A DNA stretch of 64,000 nt, from NCBI GenBank assembly GCA_013002405.1, contig JABDKA010000057.1, positions 516-64,515 on the forward strand, in the 5' to 3' direction. The position numbers were made by a program, and so were the translations under genes. Under the pieces are notes generated by a model. The model ran no database searches. It was given only the letters and a program-made list of their open reading frames with translations, and was not told the DNA's origin. Within the stretch, counting starts at the first letter, position 1; the number at the start of each line of letters is the position of its first letter. Below are positions 63,051 to 64,000 of the stretch, in pieces. This stretch comes from Sulfitobacter sp. (GTDB lineage Bacteria > Pseudomonadota > Alphaproteobacteria > Rhodobacterales > Rhodobacteraceae).

Positions 63051-64000
63051 ATGAGGGCTGTTGTATTTCACCGCTACGGCGCGCCGGAACGGCTTTCCCT
63101 GCAAAGGGTGCCCCGCCCCGTGCCCGGGGACGGGGATGTCCTTGTCCGGATAGTGGCAAGCACCGTAACCCGGACCGATACCGCGACAGTGCGCGCCCAT
63201 CCCTTCTTTGCGCGGCTCGCGACCGGGCTTGTCAGGCCGAAGATGCGGACACTGGGGATGGATTTCGCCGGTACGGTTGAGAGCGTCGGTCGGGATGTGC
63301 GCGCCTATCGGCCCGGTGACCGGGTCTTTGGTCTCTCTCCTGATCACTTCGGGACCCATGCCGAATACCTCTGCGTCCCGGCCGATGGGCCGATCGCCCC
63401 AATTCCGGCAGATCTTGGGTTTCACGCGGCAGTCGTGGGGGAGGGCGCCTGGTACGCAAGTGGGACGACCCGGCACCTCGAGCCTAACCAGAGCTGCCTG
63501 ATCTACGGTGCCTCCGGTGCCATCGGGACGGCGGCCGTGCAATTGGCCAAGATCCGGGGCGCCCAGGTCACCGCTGTCGTGGGTACGCGGCATATGGAGC
63601 TTGTCGCGCGGCTCGGTGCGGACCGGATCGTGAACTACCAGGCAGAAGATTTCACGGCAACGGATGAAAGGTTCGATCTGGTCATGGACGCGGTAGGCAA
63701 GACTTCCTGGTTTGCCTGCCGTCCGTTGCTGAAGAAAGGCGGGATCTTCGCCGCGACGGATCTTGGTCCCGGCTGGTCCAATATCGTGCTGTCGGCGTGG
63801 TACGGTTTGACGGGCCGACGCAAGGTCATTGTTCCATTCCCGGAGGATGCGCCGGGCTTCATCCGCCAACTTGCCGACTATCTGGCCGACGGTCGCTTTC
63901 GCGGGGTCTTTGACCGGGACTATCCGCTCGAGGATGTCGTGGAGGCCTTTCGATACGTCGAGCGGGGACACAAGACGGGGATCGTTACGGTGACGGTCGG
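63051..64000 (+). CDS. NAD(P)-dependent MDR-family oxidoreductase (quinone oxidoreductase-like); runs off the window
   Basis: Not in the ORF track; MRAVVFHRYG.P, G.DFAG.VE, GASGAIG, D.VG; frame intact at the window end. Alternative ATG at 63033. Confidence 0.88.
   Translation, partial: MRAVVFHRYGAPERLSLQRVPRPVPGDGDVLVRIVASTVTRTDTATVRAHPFFARLATGLVRPKMRTLGMDFAGTVESVGRDVRAYRPGDRVFGLSPDHFGTHAEYLCVPADGPIAPIPADLGFHAAVVGEGAWYASGTTRHLEPNQSCLIYGASGAIGTAAVQLAKIRGAQVTAVVGTRHMELVARLGADRIVNYQAEDFTATDERFDLVMDAVGKTSWFACRPLLKKGGIFAATDLGPGWSNIVLSAWYGLTGRRKVIVPFPEDAPGFIRQLADYLADGRFRGVFDRDYPLEDVVEAFRYVERGHKTGIVTVTV

Overview
GC-rich alphaproteobacterial chromosomal segment, most likely Rhodobacteraceae/Roseobacter group (inferred from gene content and order). 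It is mostly housekeeping: purK/purE, Hsp20, fused sat-cysC, trxB, lrp, pgeF-lgt, proC, tdk, carB, cfa, glyA, NAD kinase, prpE, maeB, cdd-deoA-deoB-upp. I see no rRNA, tRNA, CRISPR array, transposase or prophage. Best candidates for undescribed systems: (1) an overlapping-gene operon of two paralogous exported CxxxC proteins of unknown function plus a SCO copper chaperone (40.7-42.3 kb); (2) a CueR-type 19-bp-spacer promoter driving a DUF411/CopG protein coupled to a class II cytochrome c with a predicted N-terminal His (27.5-28.5 kb); (3) two standalone Hint domains lacking Cys1, a 47-aa basic small protein and a repeated TGCCNCAAW upstream motif; (4) an isolated phage CII-like gene coupled to an orphan arsH; (5) a haem-b/2Fe-2S adenylate cyclase. 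Also visible: a decayed solute-binding-protein gene divergent from a HAMP sensor, two short intergenic repeat families, and candidate sites for RpoH/ROSE, FNR, EcfG, CtrA and PccR. All calls come from reading the sequence, with no database search; start codons were often moved downstream of the ORF-track starts.
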